From an uncultured bacterium (GTDB lineage Bacteria > Hydrothermota > UBA3072 > B12-G15): 64,000 bases of DNA. The notes under the pieces are model-generated. The model had not been told where the DNA came from. It did not search any database and was given only the letters and a program-made list of their open reading frames with translations. The position numbers were made by a program, and so were the translations under genes. Below, one piece after another: positions 44,496-53,326 of this stretch. The stretch is from assembly GCA_965612735.1 (NCBI GenBank), contig CBFDSV010000005.1, positions 866-64,865 on the forward strand, written 5' to 3'. How positions within the stretch are numbered: the stretch's first letter is position 1; every line of letters starts with the position of its first letter.

Positions 44496-44506
44496 AAATG
44501 GGGGGG

Positions 44507-44534
44507 TTGATTTATTTTTGGGGTGGTGTAATAT
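44507..44534 (+). promoter_or_regulatory. Sigma70-like promoter (TTGATT, 16 nt spacer, TAATAT) that would produce a leaderless or near-leaderless mRNA for the EutN-like gene.
   Basis: The -10 ends 6 nt before the ATG at 44541. No Shine-Dalgarno is present. Confidence 0.4.
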
Positions 44535-44540
44535 ATTTCC

Positions 44541-44897
44541 ATGTTTATAGGTAAGGTCATAGGCACTGTATGGGCCACCAGAAAGGTGGAATCGTTGAGT
44601 AATTTGCGTTTCCTCCTGATTCAGCCTGTTGATATAGAGAGGGAGGCAACAAAAAGTGTGGTTGTTGCTGCAGACCCAATTGGTGCAGGGCCAGGTGAAA
44701 TGGTTCTTGTCTCCTTTGGCAGGGCTGCAAGGCTTGCATGTGGAAATGAAGACCTGACTATAGAAGCAGCAGTAATTGGCATTGTTGATTCTATTGACAT
44801 AAATGAAGTCTCAATAAAGAAGGGTGTTGAGGCCTTTGACCTCCTTCAAAGGGAACTTGAGAAAGCAGGGCTGAGAGTGAAGAAGAAAGATGAATGA
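44541..44897 (+). CDS. Bacterial microcompartment vertex (pentamer) protein of the EutN/PduN/CcmL family, with about 25 aa C-terminal extension.
   Basis: GKVIGTVWATRKVESLSNLRFLLIQP ... AADPIGAGPGEMVLVSFGRAARLA ... AAVIGIVDSI is collinear with EutN/PduN (PF03319). Confidence 0.7.
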   Translation: MFIGKVIGTVWATRKVESLSNLRFLLIQPVDIEREATKSVVVAADPIGAGPGEMVLVSFGRAARLACGNEDLTIEAAVIGIVDSIDINEVSIKKGVEAFDLLQRELEKAGLRVKKKDE

Positions 44898-46197
44898 GAT
44901 AGATGCAATAAAACAGGCTGGTGTGGTTGGAGCAGGGGGAGCAGGCTTCCCCACATATGTCAAAATGCAGTCCACTGTAAAAACATTTATCCTGAATGCT
45001 GCAGAGTGTGAACCCCTTCTCCATAAAGACAAAGAAATCCTCAGGCATTTTGCAGGGGATGTTATCTCAGGGATGAAGATTGCAATGAATTTAACAGGTG
45101 CAGAAATAGGGTTCGTTGCTGTCAAAGAGAAATATCCTGATGTGATTGCTGCAATTGATAAGGTACTGGACACAGACAAAATTAAAATATTTCCCCTTGG
45201 TGATTTTTATCCTGCTGGTGATGAGTTTGAACTGGTGTATGAGATTACAGGTAAAGTAATCCCCGCTGGAGGAATTCCCCTTGATGTTGGATGCGTTGTT
45301 AACAATGTGGAAACCATTTACAACCTGAACAATGCGATTTCAGGCATACCCGTAACTGAAAAATTTATCACTGTTGCAGGGGCTGTTGAAAATCCATACA
45401 CTGCCAGGGTTAAAATTGGCTCACCATTTTTGCCTTTGATTGAGATGGCAAAGCCAGTAACAAAGTACTACAGGGTGATTGAAGGTGGCCCAATGACTGG
45501 AACTGTTGTTGACCATGAAAATGCCTTAGTTACAAAGACAACATCAGGAATTATAATCCTTCCTGAAGACCATTATCTCATCAAAAGAAAAACCATCCCA
45601 TCAAAATCTATCCTGAAGATAACACAGTACTGTACCCAGTGTACTCGTTGCACCGACCTGTGCCCAAGGCATCTCCTCGGTCATACAATCAGGCCTCACA
45701 GGGTAATGAGGAATATTGGTTACAAATTGACTGATACAGATGTTGTAATGGATGTATTCAATTGTTGCCAGTGTGGATTGTGTGAGTACTTCTCCTGTCC
45801 TGTTATGCTCTCTCCCATGAGCACAATAATGGAGATGAAGCAATTCCTGATTTCACAGGGTGTGAAACCAGAAAAGGGTAAAAATCCAGAACCGGATATA
45901 GAAAAAAAATCCCGCAGAGTTCCTGTGAAGAGACTTATCCAGAGGATAGGCATAATCAAATATCTAACTGATGCACCCCTTACTGAGATAAAGACAGAGC
46001 CCCGTGAATTCACCTTATTGCTCAAACAGCACATTGGAACACCTGCTTCACCCATAAAAAAGCCTGGTGAAACCGTTAAAAAGGGTGAAAAGATTGCTGA
46101 TATAGAAGATGGTAAACTTGGAACACCAGTCCATTCCCCTGTGAATGGAAGGATTGTAGCAATTACAGGGGAATACATACGAATAAGAAAAGCATGA
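44890..46197 (+). CDS. PduS / RnfC-family flavo-iron-sulfur oxidoreductase.
   Basis: N-terminal QAGVVGAGGAGFPTYVK ... NAAECEPLL (the RnfC/Nqo1-type NADH/FMN site as in PduS). Two 4Fe-4S ferredoxin motifs (CTQCTRCTDLCP; CCQCGLCEYFSCP). 8-nt overlap with the EutN-like gene. Confidence 0.7.
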   Translation: MNEIDAIKQAGVVGAGGAGFPTYVKMQSTVKTFILNAAECEPLLHKDKEILRHFAGDVISGMKIAMNLTGAEIGFVAVKEKYPDVIAAIDKVLDTDKIKIFPLGDFYPAGDEFELVYEITGKVIPAGGIPLDVGCVVNNVETIYNLNNAISGIPVTEKFITVAGAVENPYTARVKIGSPFLPLIEMAKPVTKYYRVIEGGPMTGTVVDHENALVTKTTSGIIILPEDHYLIKRKTIPSKSILKITQYCTQCTRCTDLCPRHLLGHTIRPHRVMRNIGYKLTDTDVVMDVFNCCQCGLCEYFSCPVMLSPMSTIMEMKQFLISQGVKPEKGKNPEPDIEKKSRRVPVKRLIQRIGIIKYLTDAPLTEIKTEPREFTLLLKQHIGTPASPIKKPGETVKKGEKIADIEDGKLGTPVHSPVNGRIVAITGEYIRIRKA

Positions 46198-46874
46198 AAA
46201 AGGCAATCCTTCTGATACACGGTTTTGGAGGAACCCCTTATGAGATGCAACCAGTAGGAAGGCTCGCTGAAAAACTGGGTATAAAACCTATATATGCAAA
46301 ACTTCCAGGCCATGGTGGTAATCCCTTTGAACTGGAAGGAATAAAAGCAGAGGACTGGATAGAATACCTTGTTGGGCTCTACAGTTTGATTGAGGCGGAT
46401 TTTGACTGGATTTCAGTATGTGGCCTCTCCCTTGGTGCACTCCTCGCTGGCATTCTTGCAAAGGAAAAACGGCCTGAAAAACTTATTCTCCTTGCACCAG
46501 GTGTATATCCCAAGAGGTCAGCATTCCTCCTTGCGCCCTTTGCAGGATTCATCAGGGGAAAACTTGTCAAGATAGCAGATGAAAGTTTGAATCCAGAATC
46601 AAATATTTATGTGCCATTGAGTTCTGTTAAGGAACTATGGAGGGTCGTCAGGATTTTTGCAAGGTCAATTGAAGGAATAGTTTCCCCAACACTTGTTATT
46701 CAAGGGCTTTCAGACGAGATGGTGAAGATAGAATCAGCATATTTTGTAAAGAAGAGGCTTGGAGAGAGGGCAAGACTCGTTCTGATTCCAGGTGTGGCTC
46801 ATGTTGTTACCCTTGATAAAAATGTTGATAAAACACTGGGTATAGTAAAGGAGTTTCTCTCTTGGCCTCGGTAA
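46194..46874 (+). CDS. Alpha/beta hydrolase (carboxylesterase-like).
   Basis: ILLIHGFGGTP. Nucleophile elbow GLSLG (GxSxG). 226 aa. Confidence 0.6.
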   Translation: MKKAILLIHGFGGTPYEMQPVGRLAEKLGIKPIYAKLPGHGGNPFELEGIKAEDWIEYLVGLYSLIEADFDWISVCGLSLGALLAGILAKEKRPEKLILLAPGVYPKRSAFLLAPFAGFIRGKLVKIADESLNPESNIYVPLSSVKELWRVVRIFARSIEGIVSPTLVIQGLSDEMVKIESAYFVKKRLGERARLVLIPGVAHVVTLDKNVDKTLGIVKEFLSWPR

Positions 46875-47899
46875 GAACAAGTGTTAAAAGAGGAATAAGG
46901 CTTTTTTTGATACTCCTTGTGATTACAATTGTCCTGCTCCTATCCCTCACGGTTACAGGAGAAACATGGCATGCATTAAAGCGTCTGCCCATCTATTATT
47001 TTCTTATCGCCCTCCTCTTCTGGGGCATATACATTCTCTTTGACGCATTGAGACTGCTGGTCATCATACATGGAATAACAGGGAGATGGCTAAAACTCTC
47101 TGTATCATTTGATGTAATACTCACAGGCTCATTCATGGCAGCAGTAACACCCTTCCAGACAGGTGGTTTACCTGTTCAACTCTACATCCTGCATAAGAAT
47201 AAACTATCCATTGGAAAGGGCACACTTGCACTCCTTTTAAGGGGCATATTTTATGCCCTTTTTATATTCACCCTGATTCCATTTTTACTCCCTCTCTATC
47301 GTTCCATGGAAGGTTCAAAACTTTCAACAATTCTTAACTACTCCAAGTTTGTATATATCTTTGTTATCATTGCCTTCATACTTGTGATTACAATACCTGA
47401 AAAAATAAAAAACGGACTTCTAAAGCTCACAGGCCATCGTGAAAATAAATTAAAAAGGGTGATACGAAAAACCTTTGATGAAATAATTGATATGAAACAA
47501 GAATTCTGGGCATTCACAAAGAAAAAATGGTGGCATACACTTGGAGCATACATCCTCAGTTTTCTTTCATATATTCCATACTACTCAATCGCCCCTTTGA
47601 TATTGAAAGGGCTTGGTATTGATGTTAATTACTACCACGTGTTTTTCCTCCAGGTTTTTCTTATACTCTTCACCTTCTTCTTTCCAACACCCGGTGGTAC
47701 AGGTGCTGTTGAAGGAGGTTTTGCAGTCCTGTTCACAACAATCGCACCGAGACACATACTGGGTGTTTATACATTGATATGGAGATTTTTCACATCCTAT
47801 ATCACTGCAATTGTGGGTGGATTTTTAACCCTGAAGGTGTTAAAATTAGGTGATGTGGAGATTGAAGAAAATGTAGAATCTGAAGTTGATGAACCTTAA
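46862..47899 (+). CDS. UPF0104-family (lysylphosphatidylglycerol-synthase-TM-like, flippase-like) membrane protein.
   Basis: About 8 TM helices. Conserved PTPGGTGAVEGGF motif near the C-terminus. Confidence 0.55.
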   Translation: MASVRTSVKRGIRLFLILLVITIVLLLSLTVTGETWHALKRLPIYYFLIALLFWGIYILFDALRLLVIIHGITGRWLKLSVSFDVILTGSFMAAVTPFQTGGLPVQLYILHKNKLSIGKGTLALLLRGIFYALFIFTLIPFLLPLYRSMEGSKLSTILNYSKFVYIFVIIAFILVITIPEKIKNGLLKLTGHRENKLKRVIRKTFDEIIDMKQEFWAFTKKKWWHTLGAYILSFLSYIPYYSIAPLILKGLGIDVNYYHVFFLQVFLILFTFFFPTPGGTGAVEGGFAVLFTTIAPRHILGVYTLIWRFFTSYITAIVGGFLTLKVLKLGDVEIEENVESEVDEP

Positions 47900-48695
47900 A
47901 AAATTTCCAGTAATTTACTGGAAAAGGAGGTGTAATATGAGAAGGTTCTTTATAATCACAATTCTGGTGGGGCTAATTTTCACACCCATGTTTATTGAGG
48001 GCGCTTCCTGGAAAGGAATTCTTGGGAAGATGAAAACCAATTATTCAACCCTTCAGACAAAGGTGCAGGATATGAAATTTCAGGGAGTAATGCTGATGAA
48101 GACCCCTGAAGGCAAGGATATGGAAACAAACTTTACCTATTACAGAAAGGATAAAAAGTTCAGGCAGGAAATTGAGATAAAAGTTCCTGGGATGGAAGGA
48201 GGAATGAAGCAGATTGTTGTTTATGATGGCAAAAAGGGATATGTATTTTCTCCAATGGGAGAAAAAAGAGAACTCAAGGACTATGAAACTAACCAATACG
48301 AACCACCTGTTGACTGGTGGACAGACCTGCCCAAAGATGCAGTTATAAAGGGAACAGAAAAGGTTGATGGAAAGACATGCTATGTGGTTCAGGCACAGGA
48401 AGAGAATACAGTCACAAAAATATGGATTGACAAAAACAACTATGTTCCTGTTAAGGTTGAAAACATTGAGGGTGAACATAAATCAGTAATTAAATTTCTG
48501 GAATTCAAAACCACCCCTCAGGGTGGAAAGGTGCCTTACAAAATTGAGTTCTATGACAATGGTAAACTTGCCGCAACCTATATGGTTAAATCAATCCAAT
48601 ACAATGTTGGATTATCTGATGACCTCTTCAATCCTGCGAATGTAAAAACAGGAAGTATGGAAGACTTAATGAAGAAGATGATGCAAGGGAGATAA
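47886..48695 (+). CDS. LolA-like / outer-membrane lipoprotein-sorting-like periplasmic protein. Likely start at the in-frame Met about 47937.
   Basis: Signal peptide MRRFFIITILVGLIFTPMFIEGAS. All-beta composition of the LolA/DUF4292 type. Confidence 0.45.
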   Translation: MMNLKKFPVIYWKRRCNMRRFFIITILVGLIFTPMFIEGASWKGILGKMKTNYSTLQTKVQDMKFQGVMLMKTPEGKDMETNFTYYRKDKKFRQEIEIKVPGMEGGMKQIVVYDGKKGYVFSPMGEKRELKDYETNQYEPPVDWWTDLPKDAVIKGTEKVDGKTCYVVQAQEENTVTKIWIDKNNYVPVKVENIEGEHKSVIKFLEFKTTPQGGKVPYKIEFYDNGKLAATYMVKSIQYNVGLSDDLFNPANVKTGSMEDLMKKMMQGR

Positions 48696-48717
48696 GACTC
48701 GCAGTTTTATGTGAGCA

Positions 48718-50004
48718 TCAGTATTCCCTTATAGCATCTATTATCTTCATGCCAGCTGCCCTTAATGCGGGGATTATTGCACCCCCGGTGGTAGCAACTA
48801 TTGCAAGAACAAGAGACTTTACAAGCACCAATCCTGAAAAAATGCCATATATTCTTGTTTGAATCGGGAAATCTATCCCTTCTAATACTTCTGATGGCAT
48901 AGGTATCCCGTATCTCTGCATGAGGTAAGCAACAATTCCACTTACCAGAATGCCTATCAAACCTCCAATAAACCCTATGCCAGATGCCTCTGCAAGGAAT
49001 ATTCCTATAACATCAAGTTTTGAATACCCAATTGCACGGAGTGTCCCAATCTCTTTCTTTCTCTCCCAAACAGAGATGAGCATAACATTAACAATACCAA
49101 ACACAGTGATGAGTAAAAGGATGAACCAGAAAAGACCAAGAAAGCCTGTCTGGAGTGCACGAATATCCTTCAACTGGGGGATGTAGTCCATGATTGACTG
49201 AACTTTGTAATCATCCCCTATTTTTTGCTTAAGCATGTTAACCATTTCAGATGGCTCAATATCTCTTCTCAATGAAAGCGATATTTCACTCACCCCCTCC
49301 ACACCCAGGAACTCCTTCAACACATCAATGGGTATATAAACAGTTCTCTTTTCAAAAGTTGCAAGAGGGGCTTTGAAAAATCCGCTAACTTCAAGGTCAA
49401 TCAGATTAAATGTTCCAAAGGCTGTCATTCCATACAGGAAGATAATGTCCCCCCTTTTTATACCTATTTCCTCTGCAAGTCTTCTTCCTATCAGGATTTT
49501 GTACTCATACCTGTCGGGCAGAGGCAAACCTGCTGAATTAATTATAGGATTTTTTTCTCTTGTAAAATCCACACCCTGAACAAGAACAGGGAGTTGTTTA
49601 CCCTTGAAAGAAAAAAGACACCCCGTTTTCAGATAGATAGAAACCTTCCTTATTCCTCTAATTGTTTCTATTCTTTTTATAACATTTTCAGGTTCTTCAA
49701 TCAATTTATTCAACTGGTTTGCTTCTCCTTCATTGTATCCTTTTCTGGTTATAATCACCTGACCTATACCCATACTTGAATAATTCTCCACAATATCAAT
49801 CCATTCACCAAGCATCAGGCTTTCAAAAACCACCATGCAAAAAATGGCAATAGCAACCGTTGAAATGTTTATCAGGCTTCTTCTAATATTTCTTCTTATA
49901 TTCTTGATTCCCATTTGAAATCTCATATCTCCTCCCTCAGCGCCTTTACAGGTGGCATCCTTGCAATCAGAACTGCTGGGTATATGCTCCATATAATTGC
50001 CCAA
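48718..50004 (-). CDS. ABC transporter permease, FtsX-like (LolE/MacB-type).
   Basis: N-terminal TM, large periplasmic domain, C-terminal 3 TM helices with an FtsX motif region. Confidence 0.7.
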   Translation of the reverse strand: MGNYMEHIPSSSDCKDATCKGAEGGDMRFQMGIKNIRRNIRRSLINISTVAIAIFCMVVFESLMLGEWIDIVENYSSMGIGQVIITRKGYNEGEANQLNKLIEEPENVIKRIETIRGIRKVSIYLKTGCLFSFKGKQLPVLVQGVDFTREKNPIINSAGLPLPDRYEYKILIGRRLAEEIGIKRGDIIFLYGMTAFGTFNLIDLEVSGFFKAPLATFEKRTVYIPIDVLKEFLGVEGVSEISLSLRRDIEPSEMVNMLKQKIGDDYKVQSIMDYIPQLKDIRALQTGFLGLFWFILLLITVFGIVNVMLISVWERKKEIGTLRAIGYSKLDVIGIFLAEASGIGFIGGLIGILVSGIVAYLMQRYGIPMPSEVLEGIDFPIQTRIYGIFSGLVLVKSLVLAIVATTGGAIIPALRAAGMKIIDAIREY

Positions 50005-51074
50005 ACAAAAAGGAATATAACATCAACAATCCACCTTAGTGGGTTTATGGCTGGATACAATACAGGCGGGATATACTGAGTCATCTCTGCAACAGATTCA
50101 TAGTGAAACCCAACCTGCATCAATTTTCTGGTGATAATATAAGAAAAGAAAGTTCCTGCCAGACACGAAAAGAATGTGATAATAACAACCTCTGTAAGGA
50201 TGAGAAAAATAATGAATCTCCTTGAGGAACCAATTGCCCTTATTGTACCCAGGTCTTTCTTCCTCTCCATTACACTTGATAGGACTGAATTCATAATAAT
50301 ACCTGATGTCAAAAGCAGTACAATGAAGGAGAACAGATACATTTTTATATCACTTATCCTGAAAAGGGACTCAAGATTCTTCAGTCTCTCATTCCAGGGA
50401 GTTATGTTTAAATCAGGGAACATGCCTGAAAGAAGTTTTGAAAGGCTATCCGCCTTTTCATATTGATTAAAATTTACCCGTATCTGTTTCACCTCTCCAG
50501 TATCCCATAGAAGGAACTCCTCCATCTTATCGATTGGAATGCATAGATCAACCCCACCAGTAAACAATCCATTGGTCAATACACTTTCTATTTTAACCTC
50601 CTTTATACTTAAACCACCTGCCCTGTTGGTACTGAGTATTACAATGGTATCCCCAGCATCTGCTTTGAGTTTTTTTGCAAGTTTAGTGGAAATTAAACTT
50701 TCCCTCCTTGTTCCAATAACAAGGGTGTTCACAGAGAAGGTGTCATTCACAACAATGGCAGGAGCAACTATTTCAGGAATCACACGGGCATCAGGAATCA
50801 CACTTTTTATTCTCCTCTCAACTTCGTCAAAATTCTTTATTCCCTCCTGGATAAGGTCAAATGGATCATTCCCCTTTCTTTCTATAAGAATCATACCCGC
50901 ACTTTCAAGCATCAAGATTTTTGATTGTCTCTTGAATCCTTCACTTATGGAATCACTCACCTGGAGCGCAACAATGGAAACTATCAGGCAGATAAATATC
51001 ACAAGACTTCTTCTTAAATATTTAAAAATATTACGAATTGCTGTTTTGAACAACATCACTCCCCACCTTTCCAT
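49923..51074 (-). CDS. ABC transporter permease, FtsX-like (LolC-type).
   Basis: Same architecture as the downstream paralogue. Overlaps it by about 80 nt. Confidence 0.7.
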   Translation of the reverse strand: MERWGVMLFKTAIRNIFKYLRRSLVIFICLIVSIVALQVSDSISEGFKRQSKILMLESAGMILIERKGNDPFDLIQEGIKNFDEVERRIKSVIPDARVIPEIVAPAIVVNDTFSVNTLVIGTRRESLISTKLAKKLKADAGDTIVILSTNRAGGLSIKEVKIESVLTNGLFTGGVDLCIPIDKMEEFLLWDTGEVKQIRVNFNQYEKADSLSKLLSGMFPDLNITPWNERLKNLESLFRISDIKMYLFSFIVLLLTSGIIMNSVLSSVMERKKDLGTIRAIGSSRRFIIFLILTEVVIITFFSCLAGTFFSYIITRKLMQVGFHYESVAEMTQYIPPVLYPAINPLRWIVDVIFLFVWAIIWSIYPAVLIARMPPVKALREEI

Positions 51075-51723
51075 CCAGGAGTTCTATCTTTCTTCTCGCT
51101 ACTTCAATAATTCTCGCGTCGTGTGTTGAGAATACGAATGTTACACCCTGTTCCCTGTTCATTTCCTTCATGAGTTTTATAATTGAAAGACCTGTTTCTG
51201 AATCAAGATTTGCTGTGGGCTCATCTGCAAGGATTATGTCAGGCATTCCCGCAATGGCCCTTGCAATGGCAACCCTCTGCCTTTCTCCACCCGAAAGTTC
51301 ATCAGGTTTATGATACAACTTATCCCCGAGCCCAACAGCAGCAAGTGCCTCTTCTGCCCTTTTTCTCCTCTCTTTTCCCTTCATTCTCTTCAAGAGAAGG
51401 GGGAGTTCTACATTCTCAATTGCCGTGAGTACTGGAATTAGATTAAAGGTCTGGAATATAAACCCTATCCTGCTCCTCCTGATAAATGTTGCATCCCTGT
51501 CACTTATCCTTGAGACATCCCTTCCTTCAAAAAAGAGTTTGCCTTCTGTGGGATGGTCAAGAAGCCCCATAAGATTCAGGAGAGTGGTTTTACCACTCCC
51601 TGATGGCCCAGCAATCACTGTGAAATCTCCCTCTGAAATCTCAAGGTCAACCCCTCTTATTGCATGAACAACAGTCCTGCCAAGTGGATAGTCCTTTTTC
51701 ACTCCCTTAAGTTCAATAAGCAT
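51031..51723 (-). CDS. ABC transporter ATP-binding protein (LolD/MacB-type).
   Basis: Walker A GPSGSGKTTLLN, signature LSGGERQRVAIARA, Walker B ILADEPT. Confidence 0.9.
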   Translation of the reverse strand: MLIELKGVKKDYPLGRTVVHAIRGVDLEISEGDFTVIAGPSGSGKTTLLNLMGLLDHPTEGKLFFEGRDVSRISDRDATFIRRSRIGFIFQTFNLIPVLTAIENVELPLLLKRMKGKERRKRAEEALAAVGLGDKLYHKPDELSGGERQRVAIARAIAGMPDIILADEPTANLDSETGLSIIKLMKEMNREQGVTFVFSTHDARIIEVARRKIELLDGKVGSDVVQNSNS

Positions 51724-51759
51724 ATCACCCCCTTAAATTTCAAAGTTTGAAAAGGACAA

Positions 51760-52434
51760 TCACTCAAGCCTCCATGGTCTGAATGTTCCTTCAGGAAATG
51801 TGGTGATTGGTTGAAACTTTTCTACCCACACCTCTGTGTATTTTTCAGGGGTTATCTGGTTCTTAACAACCATATAGGTTGCAATATGATATCCATCAAA
51901 CACCCTTATATCCTTCATCTCCATTCTTCTCAACAGCCTTCCAGAGAGGGCATACAAATTCATAGAAACAGGAACAAGTATATCCTTTCTCACATCCATC
52001 TCTATCCTGCTGTAGGGTGCCTTTTTGTCTTTTGCCAGTAGAACAAGATGATAGAATATGCCCGTAGAATCAAGGGACACAGCCCTGTAATTATCCCTGT
52101 ACTGTGAGGCAAGCAGGTCTCCATTGGTGAATTCACTTCCAAAGAATCTGTCCCTCAGGGAAAGCCTGATTGTGCGGTTTATCTCCGGTGCATATAGCCA
52201 TATATTTCTTTCAATTAGAAGCATCTTCCTTCCTGCCTCGCTTGCTGGTGAAAGCACTTCTATAATGGTGCCTCTGTCCTTCTGAGATTTTATTAAAAAC
52301 TTATAGTCCAATGTATTCCTTTCAGATAGATGGTTTTTCATAATGATAACAGCAGAATAAGCAGGTGGTTTCAGGGACTGGTCAATCTTCTCAAGCAGTG
52401 CTTCTGGTGTTAAACTCAAAAGCAAGAGTATCAT
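51760..52434 (-). CDS. LolA-like outer-membrane lipoprotein-sorting protein (DUF4292-like).
   Basis: Signal peptide. Beta-rich. Sits between the TetR gene and the ABC ATPase. Confidence 0.45.
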   Translation of the reverse strand: MILLLLSLTPEALLEKIDQSLKPPAYSAVIIMKNHLSERNTLDYKFLIKSQKDRGTIIEVLSPASEAGRKMLLIERNIWLYAPEINRTIRLSLRDRFFGSEFTNGDLLASQYRDNYRAVSLDSTGIFYHLVLLAKDKKAPYSRIEMDVRKDILVPVSMNLYALSGRLLRRMEMKDIRVFDGYHIATYMVVKNQITPEKYTEVWVEKFQPITTFPEGTFRPWRLE

Positions 52435-53177
52435 TTATCCTCCTTTTTTAGAAGTTTTAGAAATTCATCAATAGCCTCAATTGATTCACTGAGGTTATTC
52501 CATAATGAGAATTTATTCCTATCAGCACCAAGAACCCTTTCAATGGCATCAAAGTACAGTCTGTAAATATCCTTTATTCTATCAATATAAACAGCACCAT
52601 TCTCTCTGAGTTCCTTCAGCCTTTCCATAATCTCATCACTTGCCTGGATTAGAAGGGCAGAAACAATCCTTGCGGCTCCGTATGGTGAGTACACATGAAA
52701 AATACCTTCATCAACACCCTGTTTAATTATCTCTGCAAGAACAGATGCAAAATGCTCCATTGATTTTTTATTGAGTATGTACTGAAACTGTGCGTTTTTG
52801 GGATCAATCAGGAAGTCAATTATCACATAGATTCCCTCACCAAACCTCCTTATCTTTTCAATGGCAATCTTATTAAAAACCTGATAGAACTTTTCACTGG
52901 CGTTAAGTGCCCTGTCACCCACAATCCCCCAGGCTATATCCATAAGTTTTTCCCTCATATCCTCTGCCAGGGCATCAATAAGTTCGTCTTTTGACCTGAA
53001 ATACCAGTAAAATGTTCCCTTGGCTATTCCCGCTGTATCAACAATATCCTGTACTGTGGTCTGTGTATAGCCCTTTGAATACAGAACCTTCAAACCCGCT
53101 TCAATTATCTCTTTTTTCCTTACCTCAGGCTTCTTAACTATTCTCATAATCACCTCTACTGACCGACCGTCAGTCAA
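52431..53177 (-). CDS. TetR/AcrR family transcriptional regulator. Probable true start is the ATG at 53147.
   Basis: HTH TVQDIVDTAGIAKGTFYWYFRSKDEL. The ORF-track start is a TTG. The ATG 10 codons in has a GAGGTG RBS. Confidence 0.8.
   Translation of the reverse strand: MTDGRSVEVIMRIVKKPEVRKKEIIEAGLKVLYSKGYTQTTVQDIVDTAGIAKGTFYWYFRSKDELIDALAEDMREKLMDIAWGIVGDRALNASEKFYQVFNKIAIEKIRRFGEGIYVIIDFLIDPKNAQFQYILNKKSMEHFASVLAEIIKQGVDEGIFHVYSPYGAARIVSALLIQASDEIMERLKELRENGAVYIDRIKDIYRLYFDAIERVLGADRNKFSLWNNLSESIEAIDEFLKLLKKEDK
53158..53174. promoter_or_regulatory. Candidate TetR operator: inverted repeat ACTGAC-cgacc-GTCAGT, 11 nt upstream of the tetR start codon.
   Basis: Perfect 6-bp arms. Position overlaps the RBS region of the autoregulated repressor gene. 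Confidence 0.35.
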
Positions 53178-53296
53178 TTATAAGGGATTTTTTTATTCTG
53201 TCAATATAGGGGACTAAACATCCAATCTATCCATTTTATTGGGGATCAGCCATAAACCTTCACCAGTTATCCAACTGAAAATAAAAATGTTAAAGA

Positions 53297-53326
53297 AAAT
53301 GTCAAATTGTCAACCTCCGTCCCTGG
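53297..53326 (-). repeat. REP-like element, copy 5 (-). The reverse complement is CCAGGGACGGAGGTTGACAATTTGACATTTT.
   Basis: Supplies the last 4 codons and stop (RDGG*) of the 53310..53729 ORF. Points toward the tetR-lol operon. Confidence 0.7.

Noticed and set aside
44541-46197. Interpreting the EutN-like/PduS-like pair as a complete microcompartment locus.
   Set aside because: No BMC-H/BMC-T shell genes or signature enzymes are present anywhere in the 64 kb window. Only an orphan or satellite interpretation is supportable.
47881-48700. Coordinate inconsistency of 1-2 nt between my manual counting of the printed sequence and the ORF-track coordinates for the 46862..47899 and 47886..48695 genes.
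   Set aside because: Most likely my transcription error. ORF-track coordinates were used for those genes. Hand-derived coordinates elsewhere were cross-checked against ORF ends and agree.
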